The notes beneath the pieces were generated by a model that made no database searches, was not told the origin of the DNA, and saw only the letters and a list, made by a program, of their open reading frames with translations. DNA of 64,000 bases from Candidatus Bathyarchaeia archaeon (lineage in GTDB: Archaea; Thermoproteota; Bathyarchaeia; Bathyarchaeales; Bathycorpusculaceae), in assembly GCA_049516875.1 (NCBI GenBank), contig JBEKSS010000007.1, forward strand, positions 96,001 through 160,000, in the 5' to 3' direction. The stretch's first letter is position 1. Each line of letters starts with the position of its first letter. A program made the position numbers and the translations under genes. Shown here piece by piece: positions 19,833 through 30,027 of this stretch.

Positions 19833-20104
19833 GTCATGAGTCTTTGCGAAAAACCTACTCAACCTAGATTTTGCTGCAATTGCCACCTGGTAATCATCAT
19901 TACTTTGGTTAGCGAAGTTTTTTAACCCTTGGGAATTACATCGATTCGGCATCATTGCGCTCATCATAGGAGTCAGTTCGAGGCTTTCTCTGGCTCTAGC
20001 CTGCGCTCAGGAAACGATGCTTGAATTAATATTTGACAAATTCTGTTTTCTGGTGGGGGCGATGCAGCAAAGGCTTTATTTGTGGGAGGGTCATCCGATC
20101 CTTT

Positions 20105-20167
20105 GGGGGATGATGTAGCCGTCCCAGTCTGATTTATGAGATGAAGAACTTATGACGGACAGACCCC
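20105..20167 (+). ncRNA. Box C/D methylation guide sRNA
   Basis: Terminal GGGG/CCCC stem, C box ATGATGT, 12-nt guide, D' CTGA, C' ATGAAGA, 12-nt guide, D CAGA. TATA-like TTTATT about 25-30 nt upstream. Confidence 0.8.
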
Positions 20168-20403
20168 GGATAATGGTTCATTTCTGAACGTGATTTTTAA
20201 TCCTAGTGTCCTTTTCCTCTTCATCAAAGATAATGGCGAAGGACATAACTATGAAAAAGAAGCCCTCCATGTGAATTTAACATACAATGCAAACTCGTGC
20301 GTCGAAAACTCCAAAACCATTGTGCCCGTCGCAATCAGCAGCACGAATGCTTTTTCAAGGTGCCTGTTCTTCAATGAATCTGTAGAGTGCACTGAAGTTA
20401 GGT

Positions 20404-20805
20404 TTAGTGACGCATACATTCAACCATTTTTGCACATGTTAGGCACTCGTCAGGAAAAGGCATGTTCTTCTGATGCTTGTTTAGATACCCAAAGAAATGC
20501 CCGCACTTCACTGCGTCTTCTGGCTCTGCCATCAGCTTCCTCGGTTCCACATTCAAGACTTTGCCCTTTTCTTCCTTCTCTTCCGCTGACGCTCTGAAGC
20601 GTTGAACCTTGGTCATGCATCGTGGGCATGCGTAGTACGTTTGTGTTTGGCCACTGGTTGAGACCGTCGCCAATATTGGTCTTCGGAATGTTCTTCCACA
20701 CTCGTCGCACGTGAAGTCTTTTTCGTGAGTTTTTAAGGGGCAGTCTTCTTCGTCTAGTTTCCATAGGTCTTGTTCTCTTTGCATTCTGTTCAACCTCTGA
20801 ATCAA
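20404..20805 (-). CDS. Small Cys-rich zinc-finger protein (true start probably downstream)
   Basis: CDEC...CPRC and C.HFFGYL...C..C...C. Confidence 0.7.
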   Translation of the reverse strand: MIQRLNRMQREQDLWKLDEEDCPLKTHEKDFTCDECGRTFRRPILATVSTSGQTQTYYACPRCMTKVQRFRASAEEKEEKGKVLNVEPRKLMAEPEDAVKCGHFFGYLNKHQKNMPFPDECLTCAKMVECMRH

Positions 20806-20867
20806 TATCTCAAATGCTAATATTTAATAAACCTTTTTGTCTACACGCTCAACAAGAAGACACTTAG

Positions 20868-20962
20868 TGGGCCCGCCCGGATTTGAACCGGGGATCTTCG
20901 CCGCTTCCTCCGGCATGTGAGCCGCGTGAGGGCGACGTCCTAGCCAGCTAGACTACGAGCCC
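20868..20962 (-). tRNA. tRNA-Val(CAC) with a 21-nt intron
   Basis: GGGCTCG/CGGGCCC-A acceptor; anticodon stem TCGCC/GGCGA; CT-CAC interrupted by an intron with CCTC/GAGG and CGGC/GCCG helices. Confidence 0.95.
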
Positions 20963-21082
20963 TCTTAACCCTCTTTCCAGCACATCTCTGCCTTTGTCTC
21001 TGCTGATTCTGGCTCTGAAATACGTATTCCAGCTTCATAAAACCTTTCCTTAAGAGCCTTGAACAAGAGAAGTGTGACTTGT

Positions 21083-21208
21083 ATGAGCATTTCTGGTTAC
21101 GACAGGAAGTTTGAAGAGGAACAGAAAATTGACAAGGTTCTTTTGACTTTGTGCTTTTTGATGTCCGCTGTCATTGGTTACGGCATAATTCATTTTCTAC
21201 CCCTCTAG
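21083..21208 (+). CDS. 41-aa tail-anchored membrane microprotein
   Basis: MSISGYDRKFEEEQKIDKVLLTLCFLMSAVIGYGIIHFLPL*; below the ORF track cutoff. Confidence 0.45.
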   Translation: MSISGYDRKFEEEQKIDKVLLTLCFLMSAVIGYGIIHFLPL

Positions 21209-21540
21209 TCGCTTCTTCAATCTTCGTCAACTGTTTTCCCGCATTTTTCTATCCAGAGAATTGAAATCATCCCAGCTCCCAATCAGGCAAACGTTTCCCA
21301 GCTTTCACTTCCAATGTGAACAAAACGGTTAGCGGAACTTGTGAAACAATGTGTCACAAACCTTTTAAGCGGTTATGTTCACATTGATTCAATCAGAGGT
21401 GCAAGTGGGCACATTTACACGGAGATTCTTTCCCTTCTCCTTCGTGTGCAATGAGAAAACAAGCTTGCACCTCTCCCTTCTTAGAATTCAATTCAGAAAA
21501 CTTAAAAGCACATTTGCCTTTCTTTTGAACTGCTATCATT

Positions 21541-21645
21541 GCCGAGGTAGCTCAGCCTGGGAGAGCGCTCGACTCGATGCATCCGTGCTTGAGGGCGAAG
21601 CTGAAGACCGAGTTGTCGCCGGTTCAAACCCGGCCCTCGGCACCA
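21541..21645 (+). tRNA. tRNA-Phe(GAA) with a 28-nt intron at position 30/31, CCA encoded
   Basis: Removing 21572-21599 gives CTCGG-CT-GAA-GA-CCGAG. Full BHB: CGCT/GGCG helix with CGA and AAG bulges. Confidence 0.95.
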
Positions 21646-21784
21646 ATAAGCTCGATTTTCCTAGTAATCTGTAGGAATAAGCCTATTAAGTTCCAATCAA
21701 TAACATTTCTTCCAGATGCTGAACGCTTAGGCCTTACGATGAGACGTGATGGCGGGGCTGTCAACGAGAGTTTTTGGACAGAGG

Positions 21785-22159
21785 TTAACTCGTCAGAATG
21801 TCAGTTGCTCCAATTTCCCTCTTGAACTTCTCAATGAGGTGTTCAGTCTTTTGCTTTCGTTCCTCTTCTTGTTTGTGAAATTCAGTAAGGTTTTCATCAT
21901 CTTGCGGAATTTCTCTTGTATAAGGCCATTTGACGTAGACCTCCGTGCCATTTCGTTTCTCCTTAAATACGAACTCTATCTCTAATGCTTTTCCCACCCA
22001 TCCGGGGCTGTATGCTACCAACAAATAGTGAGGGGGCACTTCCTTTTTTATTACCACGTTTTTCAGGCCCACTTCATTCAATGCCTTTTGAACTAGAGAA
22101 GAACAATCTTCGATACGTGTTCCAACTAGATACTTGCTCTCGAGGAATTTCAGCAGCAT
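21785..22159 (-). CDS. Hypothetical protein
   Basis: 124-aa ORF with plausible composition; no recognised motif. Confidence 0.6.
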   Translation of the reverse strand: MLLKFLESKYLVGTRIEDCSSLVQKALNEVGLKNVVIKKEVPPHYLLVAYSPGWVGKALEIEFVFKEKRNGTEVYVKWPYTREIPQDDENLTEFHKQEEERKQKTEHLIEKFKREIGATDILTS

Positions 22160-22361
22160 TTCTTGAATTCCCCCGGATATTCGTTAGACTTTCTTCTCAT
22201 AAGCCTTGTTCCGCATCATTCCACTAATGTTGATAGAAAACATGGCACGCACTCTGAGCAGATTAGTGTTTTCAATTCGTCTCTTGTTGCTGCCCTTGAA
22301 TATGGATTTGAGCTTCGTAATTCTTTTACCCTTAAGCAGTGACAGAAACGACACAGGCTCA

Positions 22362-24260
22362 ATGGTTAGCTTTGGTGGGAACGGTATATCCAGAATCGGG
22401 CATGATTCGAGGGGTCTCAGCAACGTAGTAGTGGTTATGTTGAGCCTAGTCATATTGGTCATCATTGTTGTCAATGTGGTTCTCTGGAGTTATCAGATGA
22501 ACGAGTTCGACTTGGAGAGGATGCATGAAGATCTAAAGATCACGGAAGTTGCTCACGTCAACGGTTCTTCTTCTTGGTTTGCGACTCAGAGCGAATTCAC
22601 CGTAGACGCTGGCAGCAGAGTGTCTGGCACTTACATGGACACCCAGAGCATCGACGGTTCATACGAAAGTTTTGAAGAGAGCAGTGTGCGTGCAGGGGGT
22701 CTGAACTGGTGGGATACAGACTACGCGCATCGCGCAAGAGTAACTGTCATGAACACCGCGACATCGGCTCTCAGTATGAACTATTCCGTTTCTTTAACAA
22801 TGGACACTGCTATGATGGTTTCTTCCGGCAAAGTCATGCCCAGCGGCAATGACTTAAGAGTCATCTATAAATCTGGAAGCATCTGGGTCGAACTTGACAG
22901 GGAAGTCGATGGCATGAACACCTCCTCTACTCAGATATGGTTTAAAACTCAGGCATCAATCCCGGCAAACGGTTCGGACAATGACTACTACGTATACTAT
23001 GGAAACCCGAACGCTGGAAATCCACCCTCAAACAAGAGCAATATTTACTTGTGGTTTGACGATTTCAACAGAGCAGATAAGCCAGATATTACCACAGAAA
23101 CTTCATATCAAGAAAAGACTGGCGGCGGCACTTGGTCCATTCAAAATGGCACACTCCGGAATGTTGGAGCCAGTGGAGATCCGAACAAGCTGATAATCAC
23201 AGCACTGGGCAACGTTACAGCGGATGTCGATATGTTCGTGGAAATAAAGGTGTCATCTTTTGCCGGGGGTGATACGAGTAGAATGGGTCTGTCCTGTTGT
23301 ATGGACACGAGTCCCTCTAGAGGCAGCGGTTACTGCGGCTTGTTTTATAACGACGAAAACAGTCTCGACCTTCTGAATGACCTGCGTTCTTGGGGCACGC
23401 ATGGAACGTACAGTTGGTCGCTGAACACTTGGTACTCCATGCGATTCAGGGTTATCGACCCATCCAGCAGGCTTGGGAAAGTTAAAGTCTGGCCAGTTGG
23501 AACGGTTGAACCCAGTTCATGGACAAATGATGCAAATTTCGGATCTGGAAGCGCCAGAAGCTACGGCGAAGTTGGGTTTGCAGGCTCGAGAACGTCCGAC
23601 ACAACCTACTTTGACGACGTCGTCATCCGTTACATCACGAGCCCCGAGCCCTCAATTTCTCTAGGTGCAGAGGAGAGTCAATTCAACAATAAGCTTGAAA
23701 TCGACGGCTCTTTTCCTGTGGACATCTCGGCTTTTCCTCTCAACCGCGTCCAAACCGTTGAAATACAGATGAGATACAGATCCAGCGACGCAGGCGAGAA
23801 ATGGTACCTGAAGGCTTACAATTGGACATCATCAACCTTCAGCGACTTCGGCTTCAACTCGACGTCAGGCCAATTGCCAACAACAGGGTGGGACAATTAT
23901 GCAGTGAATCTGACTGACCAATGGAACAGTTATGTAAACAGCAACGGAACACTCTACGTGAAGGTATTTGACGAGGGAGCTGACGGGATCCAAACAACCA
24001 TTGGCGTTGATTTTGTAGCCGTAAGGGTGGCAATAGACATGGTGAGATTCACCTTTGAGAACAGCGGCTCCTTCACGTCCCACTTGGTCGCCCTGTGGAT
24101 AGACAACTCTACGTTGCATCAAAGGTATGAGATGAGTGTATATGTCAATTCAGGGGACACTGTAACATACTCTCGTGCTGATGTGAATCTGCCTGAAAAG
24201 CCGTACACCGTTAAGATAGTCACTGAAAGAGGAAACATCGCCATATATTCGTCCAGTTAG
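22362..24260 (+). CDS. Type IV pilin-like adhesin with DUF2341 and lectin/ConA-like domains
   Basis: Class III signal SRG|LSNVVVVMLSLV; WW..Y..R...NDLRV...YYVYYGNP (DUF2341); C-terminal pilin-like KIVTERGN. Confidence 0.75.
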   Translation: MVSFGGNGISRIGHDSRGLSNVVVVMLSLVILVIIVVNVVLWSYQMNEFDLERMHEDLKITEVAHVNGSSSWFATQSEFTVDAGSRVSGTYMDTQSIDGSYESFEESSVRAGGLNWWDTDYAHRARVTVMNTATSALSMNYSVSLTMDTAMMVSSGKVMPSGNDLRVIYKSGSIWVELDREVDGMNTSSTQIWFKTQASIPANGSDNDYYVYYGNPNAGNPPSNKSNIYLWFDDFNRADKPDITTETSYQEKTGGGTWSIQNGTLRNVGASGDPNKLIITALGNVTADVDMFVEIKVSSFAGGDTSRMGLSCCMDTSPSRGSGYCGLFYNDENSLDLLNDLRSWGTHGTYSWSLNTWYSMRFRVIDPSSRLGKVKVWPVGTVEPSSWTNDANFGSGSARSYGEVGFAGSRTSDTTYFDDVVIRYITSPEPSISLGAEESQFNNKLEIDGSFPVDISAFPLNRVQTVEIQMRYRSSDAGEKWYLKAYNWTSSTFSDFGFNSTSGQLPTTGWDNYAVNLTDQWNSYVNSNGTLYVKVFDEGADGIQTTIGVDFVAVRVAIDMVRFTFENSGSFTSHLVALWIDNSTLHQRYEMSVYVNSGDTVTYSRADVNLPEKPYTVKIVTERGNIAIYSSS

Positions 24261-24738
24261 GTGAACGGAACTAGCCGTTACGAAATGGTTTGAACGGTTG
24301 ATGGTGCCTGAGGAGGAAACGAAAGAGCCGCCTCAAGGAACTGGCGCGTACCCCGTAATCATGAACAGACTGTTCAACGCTGAAGTCTAAGCAATGCGTT
24401 GATGAGCCGCGCAACTGGCATTAACCATGCCAGTTTCCCTCTGTGGAGTTGACTAGCAACAACATCGCAAACGTTCCGCGTGGGCTTGCAGAAGCTCTCA
24501 GCTGAAACGTGCATGGAACTTCTTTACGCGAAAATCAAAGGAAAGAGGATGATGCGCATATGCACGATTGAGACTCTAAACTCTTGGATCATTTTAATTC
24601 AGACGTTATCATTGGAAGTATTGGAGAACTCGAATCTGTCTTCAAGCAAGGATTATGACGCAGGACTGAAGTTAACGGGGTCACGTAGAAAAGGAAAATA
24701 GGAACTTCTGCAGAATGTCCTTTGCCGATGGATAATGT

Positions 24739-24816
24739 GCGGTCGTAGTCTAGTTTGGTCTAGGACATCAGCCTGCCACGCTGACGACCCGGGTTCAAAT
24801 CTCGGCGACCGCACCA
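24739..24816 (+). tRNA. tRNA-Gly(GCC), CCA encoded
   Basis: GCGGTCG/CGACCGC-A-CCA; TCAGC-CT-GCC-AC-GCTGA; GGTTCAAAT. Confidence 0.97.
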
Positions 24817-25003
24817 AAGATTCCCTCTGAAGAGTAAGAAGAGCTACTGTTTGCATTTCAATGTTCCATGACATGTCGGAACTATTATCATGACGCAGGT
24901 TTGATTCTCAACTTATTCCAAATAAATATTCATTATGAGTAATTCTTATAATTCTAGAATCTGATGATTGTTTGTAATTTGATGCACGTTAACGTGTGGG
25001 GCA

Positions 25004-25504
25004 ATGGATGAATTGAGTGTCGAAAACTCTCATGCGGGCAGGCCTTCAGTGCTGATAGTGGACGATGAAGCTGGGATAAGGAAGCTGTTGATGAAGGTGC
25101 TGGATGAAAACGGCTACAGTCCAGACTCTGTTGAAAACGGCGCTGAGGCAATCCAGAAAGCAAATGAACGGTACTACAACCTTGCGTTGATTGACATAAT
25201 GTTGCCTGATATCAACGGCGTCGAACTGCTAGCTAAATTTAAAATGACGCGCCCGAGAACCAGAAAAATCATTATGACCGGCAATCCGTCGCTTCAAAAC
25301 GCAGTTGAAGCTCTGAATAAAGGAGCAGACGCGTACATAATGAAACCGCTGGAAATCGAGAAAGTCTTGGCAACTCTCGAAGAACAGCTAGACAAGCAAA
25401 AAGAACAGAAAGAAACAATGGTGAAGCTGCTCGAGACAGGACGCATACGTGCGCGCATGGAAGTATTGGGCAGAGAGGGTACTGAAACTCCTGACGTTCG
25501 ATGA
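25004..25504 (+). CDS. Stand-alone response regulator receiver protein
   Basis: IVDDE, LIDIMLPD, IIMTG, YIMKP; no kinase in the window. Confidence 0.92.
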   Translation: MDELSVENSHAGRPSVLIVDDEAGIRKLLMKVLDENGYSPDSVENGAEAIQKANERYYNLALIDIMLPDINGVELLAKFKMTRPRTRKIIMTGNPSLQNAVEALNKGADAYIMKPLEIEKVLATLEEQLDKQKEQKETMVKLLETGRIRARMEVLGREGTETPDVR

Positions 25505-25588
25505 ATGGCACAATATGTCGGGTCGGAGAAGTGCGAAATGCTTCTCTCATCTCAAACATGGATGGCCCAAAAAACCGACTGCTACCGC

Positions 25589-26146
25589 TCACATCTGTGG
25601 TATCAGCTGCTGCAGGAAATTCGCTATTATTTCTGGGTTGAGAGCTTCAGGATGGAATAGGCAGCCGTAGAGTCTCTTTCGCCTGTGCCTGATCATACAC
25701 TTGACGTTTCCAGATTCGCCGAGTGTCTCAAAGTCTTCATTCAGTTCTACTGCTCTGGAATTCAGGAAATAAGAATAGAATTCATTTTTGTATGTCAAAA
25801 TACTCTTTAGAACGACCTTGACCTTGTATCTGCCGATTTTTGTCTTCTCGACTAGATTGCTGCCAAAAAGCCTCGCAAGAACCTGCATTCCTGCACAAAT
25901 GCCCAGAATTGGTACATCAGCCTTTCTGATCCACGCGAATTTCTCAATCATGTCTAGATACTCGAAATCCCTCAAAGCTGTTCCGCATATGATTGCCTTT
26001 TCTGCCCGGCTGACGTCACGGCAATTCAGACTCAGGAAGTGCCTCGTAAGAAAGTCTTCTCCAGCCTTTTTTAGAATATCTTCGACGGGCTTGACAAACT
26101 CGAAATAGCCGAGTCTGTCTGAACAGACATTTACTATCAGAATCAC
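25589..26146 (-). CDS. Class I glutamine amidotransferase
   Basis: LGICAGMQ nucleophile elbow and FHPE; GTGA overlap with the dph6 stop. Confidence 0.88.
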   Translation of the reverse strand: MILIVNVCSDRLGYFEFVKPVEDILKKAGEDFLTRHFLSLNCRDVSRAEKAIICGTALRDFEYLDMIEKFAWIRKADVPILGICAGMQVLARLFGSNLVEKTKIGRYKVKVVLKSILTYKNEFYSYFLNSRAVELNEDFETLGESGNVKCMIRHRRKRLYGCLFHPEALNPEIIANFLQQLIPQM

Positions 26147-26823
26147 TTGTCGACCAACCTAAGATCTTTCACTCTGAACACGCCGGAGTAGCCTCTATAT
26201 GAGACATCATGGTCAAGAATTTCTATTTTCTTCTTGAAAAAAGGTGCATCAGTTACAGTCGTCTCTATTTCCCCACCTTCTCCGGCAGGGCTCAAACCAT
26301 ATTCTTCCTTCAGTCTCTCGAGCTTATGAATCATGTCATTATCTAAGTTTCTTCCCAGGAATTTTTCATCCAAGGGAAAAGCAAAGACGCCTGATATTAT
26401 GACTTCGTATTTGTTTTTGACAACCTCGTTCAGGAGCTCTATTTCATCCTTTAGCCATAAGGGGTTGAAACACCATAAACCGAGTTGTTTGCAGATTCTC
26501 TGTACTCGAGTTGACTGGTAAATTGATTTCACGGCACCTGTCACGATTCCCTCCAAATCGAAATCAGCTTTAGCCGTGCCGAGAGCTTTTTTCAGGTCTT
26601 CAAGTTCCTTCTCCTTCTTGCCCTCCGTCTTTCTTTGAACAAGCGGCAATCCAATGGCTTCAGCTTGTTTACCAGTCATTTCTATGTTGGGAACATGAAA
26701 CATGTAGCTTTCCTGGCTTTCAGAGATCAAACTGATCAGGCAAACGACATCATGAAAACTCTTCGATTTGTGTAACGCCAAACACGAATCTTTTCCCCCT
26801 GAGAACAGTACTCCAACTCTCAT
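26143..26823 (-). CDS. dph6: Diphthine-ammonia ligase (Dph6/DUF71)
   Basis: FSGGKDS PP-loop, SYMFH, S.YQ..RV, PAGEGGE.ET.V.DAP.F. Confidence 0.93.
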   Translation of the reverse strand: MRVGVLFSGGKDSCLALHKSKSFHDVVCLISLISESQESYMFHVPNIEMTGKQAEAIGLPLVQRKTEGKKEKELEDLKKALGTAKADFDLEGIVTGAVKSIYQSTRVQRICKQLGLWCFNPLWLKDEIELLNEVVKNKYEVIISGVFAFPLDEKFLGRNLDNDMIHKLERLKEEYGLSPAGEGGEIETTVTDAPFFKKKIEILDHDVSYRGYSGVFRVKDLRLVDK

Positions 26824-26985
26824 GAAAGGGACTAGAGCATCCTATTTTATAAAGACATTTTCGCGTGTCCAAGACTCATCGTAACCACGAAACCTGCCAT
26901 GGGTCGCATTGCGTTGTTGCACGAGTATGTGAAGAATGAGAAAAAGCATCGGAGACCTAAAGCGCGTGTTCCATCGCGTCTGTGT

Positions 26986-27357
26986 TCATATGGCAATCCT
27001 TTTTCTCTTTTCAGTCAACTTCGTTATCTTGTCTTCAAAATGGCGGGTTAGGAAAGTCACAATTGTCGTTGTCAAGACTCCGGCGAGGAATACATTGACG
27101 TTTGTTATGAAGAAACCTGTGGCGGCGACTAACGCTCCCAAACCTGCTATGATCCAGCACATTCTATTATGCGATTTTGCTTCCCCTATTCTGTGGTCTA
27201 AATGTCTGAGCACTTTGTCTTCGTCATCTCGGCTGAGAGTATCAAGAAATTGGTGTTCGCACTGAGTTGAACACAAGGCAATGTTCAACGTTTTGTCCTT
27301 GAACAACAACTTTGAAGTCACCTTGCCGCACATAGAACAAGATCTTTCTTCTTTCAT
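26986..27357 (-). CDS. Small Zn-binding two-TM membrane protein
   Basis: CSMC...CSTQC (TRASH-like) followed by two TMs. Confidence 0.65.
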   Translation of the reverse strand: MKEERSCSMCGKVTSKLLFKDKTLNIALCSTQCEHQFLDTLSRDDEDKVLRHLDHRIGEAKSHNRMCWIIAGLGALVAATGFFITNVNVFLAGVLTTTIVTFLTRHFEDKITKLTEKRKRIAI

Positions 27358-27369
27358 TGCACTGACCGA

Positions 27370-29760
27370 CTATCTCGTTCTGGTTTCATGCATCAGATAA
27401 GCGCGCGCACTCAGATAATTGAATTCGGAAATGTTTTTCTGCGCATTCAGTAAGGCTTGGGAAAACTCTGCCGTCGGTTCTTCCTCTTGCGTGAACGTGT
27501 TACCTGAGAGTTCATAGTGTATCCCGTTAGTGAGCGAGGCTATTATTTTCGTGGTGAAGGAGCTGGAAATCGTTTGCAGCTTAGTATAAGTTGGAATAGT
27601 ATCTGTCTGCAACTTTGCAGAGATTGGAACCGTGTTTACAACCACCGTGTACACATTTTCTTTCCTTATGAGTTGAGAAACTGAAACGACGTCTTTGATA
27701 GCTTCGTCCTCATACTTGTAGAGGGACATGTTCAGGGTGTTGAATTCGCGGATTTCGCCTGTTTGCAAGTCTCGCCTCAGAGGGACATTTGCGTCTCCGT
27801 CGGTCACAATGACCATCACAGGTATCGTGGAGGGGTCTCTACGCTTAGATTCTCTCAGGACCTCAAGTGCCTTTTGCATCCCTGCGGCTAAAGGTGTGAA
27901 ACCGCTTATCCGCAATCTCAGAAGCTTGTTAGCGACCATCTTCACATTTGCCGTGGGATGTTGAACCACGACAGCTCCCGTCTCTTTGAATGCCACTATT
28001 CCAACCTTATCCCTGTAGCGGTAAGCGTCGCTGTGCAGCTTCAGCATCACTTCTTTTATGCTGTCAATGCTGCTAAGCATTGATTCGCTCAAGTCTAGAA
28101 CAAAGGCCATTGTCATCGGAGCACGGTAGATCCTCACCTTTTCCCTAACGTCTTCCGGGCGTATCGAAAGAGACACACCCGTTGGCTTGTCCCTGAACTT
28201 TTGGATTCTTGCTGCAGTCCTAATTGTTGCTGGAAAATGAATGTCAGAAGGCTTGCCTTCCGGAATCTTCCATCCTCGAGCCCGCCCTCTGTGAGCGCAT
28301 GCTACGGCTTCGGCTCTTTTTCCGACGCTATTCGTAGGGTGTTTCAACTCTTTCCTCACTTTAAACAAGAATCCGAAGTGCAGGAGTCTACCTTCGCGAA
28401 TCCTGTCAATGAACGCTGCACCTCTAGTCACCTTTGGACGAGACCACTTGTTTTTTTCAGTCAGAGTGGCACTGCCGCGTTTCTCAGGTTCTGACTCAAA
28501 TAAGAAACGAGGGGTGCTGCCGTCGTTAATCGTTAACTTCAGATTGTCCGAACCGGAATCTCCTAACCTGCCTTTGCTTGCTTCTTCCCTTGTGACAGGG
28601 CCTTTCTTGCCTCTTCCGAAGGGAAGAAGGGTTCTCCTTTTCTCCTCTTGCGATGGTTGCTTTTCCTTGTTTTCCTTTTCTCTCACCTTTTCCACCTTGG
28701 TGCTCTCATCGCCTTGGTGAGATTTTGCTTCCTCGAGCTTGGCGAGTAACGCTTCCTTGATTTCTTTCGGCGTGGCCGGCTCTAGAAAACCGCCTTCTCT
28801 AGTTCTGTGGCTCAGAGCAAGCTCGGCGGCTGTGAGAATGTCCTTCGATGTTACTTCCATTCTGTTTTCGAAAGCTGCCAGTGTTCTTGCGGTCTTGGCT
28901 ATCACGATGTCTGGGCGCATTCCGTCGACCTTTAGTTCTAGACACAATTCGGAAATTATCTTGATGAATCCATCGCTGATCTTGACGTTTGCAAGAATCT
29001 TTTTGGCTTCATCTATCTTCTGTTTGAGCTCTTCCTGCTTGGCGCCATATTTCTTCACGAAGTCTTCCGGATCGGCTTCGAACTCCATGTTTCTCTTCAC
29101 TACTTCAGCCCTTTCATTCGTATCCGAGATTCTGCGGACCTCAACAGACAGCGGTAGCCTGTCCAAAAGTTGGGGTCTAATCTGGCCTTCTTCCGGGTTC
29201 ATCGTCCCAATGAAGATGAACCGTGAAGGATGCTTGACAGATATGCCTTCACGTTCTACAACGTTCCAGCCTGTAGCGGCAGCATCTAGCAGATCGTCTG
29301 CTATGTGGTCTGGAAGCAGATTGATTTCGTCCACATAGAGTATGTTCTGATTCGCCTCTGCCAAGATGCCTGGTTCGAGAGCTTCAACACCCATTTTGAT
29401 GGCCTTTTCCACATTGAGGCTTCCTACAACCCTGTCCTCAGTTGCTCCGAGAGGAAGCTCAACGACTCTCATTCTCTTCTTTTCAAACTGAAGTTTCACA
29501 TTCTTGATGTAGAGGCTTCTACACCCATCACACATGTTTGAAGGATCATCCGGGTTGCAGTTGAATGGGCAATCCTTGGACACCTTCACGTTTGATGCAA
29601 TTTGAGCCAACGCTCTGACGGCCGTCGTCTTCCCAGACCCTTTTGCCCCCCTAACCAGCAAGCCGCCAATCCTGGGGTTGATGGCATTCAGAATCAAAGC
29701 CAGCCTTAAATCATCTAAGGAGACAATCGCAGAGAAAGGATAAGTCAATGACTCCTGCAT
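27370..29760 (-). CDS. ChlI/ChlD-like AAA+ ATPase fused to a vWA domain
   Basis: [44 protein letters not shown], charged linker, DLSES MIDAS, TDG. Confidence 0.92.
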   Translation of the reverse strand: MQESLTYPFSAIVSLDDLRLALILNAINPRIGGLLVRGAKGSGKTTAVRALAQIASNVKVSKDCPFNCNPDDPSNMCDGCRSLYIKNVKLQFEKKRMRVVELPLGATEDRVVGSLNVEKAIKMGVEALEPGILAEANQNILYVDEINLLPDHIADDLLDAAATGWNVVEREGISVKHPSRFIFIGTMNPEEGQIRPQLLDRLPLSVEVRRISDTNERAEVVKRNMEFEADPEDFVKKYGAKQEELKQKIDEAKKILANVKISDGFIKIISELCLELKVDGMRPDIVIAKTARTLAAFENRMEVTSKDILTAAELALSHRTREGGFLEPATPKEIKEALLAKLEEAKSHQGDESTKVEKVREKENKEKQPSQEEKRRTLLPFGRGKKGPVTREEASKGRLGDSGSDNLKLTINDGSTPRFLFESEPEKRGSATLTEKNKWSRPKVTRGAAFIDRIREGRLLHFGFLFKVRKELKHPTNSVGKRAEAVACAHRGRARGWKIPEGKPSDIHFPATIRTAARIQKFRDKPTGVSLSIRPEDVREKVRIYRAPMTMAFVLDLSESMLSSIDSIKEVMLKLHSDAYRYRDKVGIVAFKETGAVVVQHPTANVKMVANKLLRLRISGFTPLAAGMQKALEVLRESKRRDPSTIPVMVIVTDGDANVPLRRDLQTGEIREFNTLNMSLYKYEDEAIKDVVSVSQLIRKENVYTVVVNTVPISAKLQTDTIPTYTKLQTISSSFTTKIIASLTNGIHYELSGNTFTQEEEPTAEFSQALLNAQKNISEFNYLSARAYLMHETRTR

Positions 29761-29793
29761 CTCTATCTAAGTAGACATAGGGAAAAGATGCAA

Positions 29794-29976
29794 TTAAAGA
29801 ATTTGCCGCAGCTTTCGGATTGATAAGACCGTGGCCTGAATAGCAAGCGCTGTTACTCCTGCCAAAATCAACAATGCTGTGGTCACGGTTGACGAGTCAC
29901 GCGACACTGAATCAACAATAATGCGGAAACACATGATCATCGCACTTGCAATGACCATGGCAACTGGTATGCTCAC
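29794..29976 (-). CDS. Small two-TM hypothetical protein
   Basis: Hydrophobic 60-aa ORF co-oriented with its neighbours. Confidence 0.4.
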   Translation of the reverse strand: MSIPVAMVIASAMIMCFRIIVDSVSRDSSTVTTALLILAGVTALAIQATVLSIRKLRQIL

Positions 29977-30027
29977 AGGAGTATTAGTTAATCTAGGTAT
30001 CTAACAACGTTTCAATGTCCACAATTT

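Noticed and set aside
24308-24340. Hammerhead ribozyme core (CTGAGGA-G-GAAA-C-GAAA)
   Set aside because: No UH cleavage site after stem III and no stem I; it also reads as a short ORF.
24362-24435. Palindromes TGAACAG-A-CTGTTCA and AACTGGCAT-N5-ATGCCAGTT
   Set aside because: Isolated hairpins with no supporting context.
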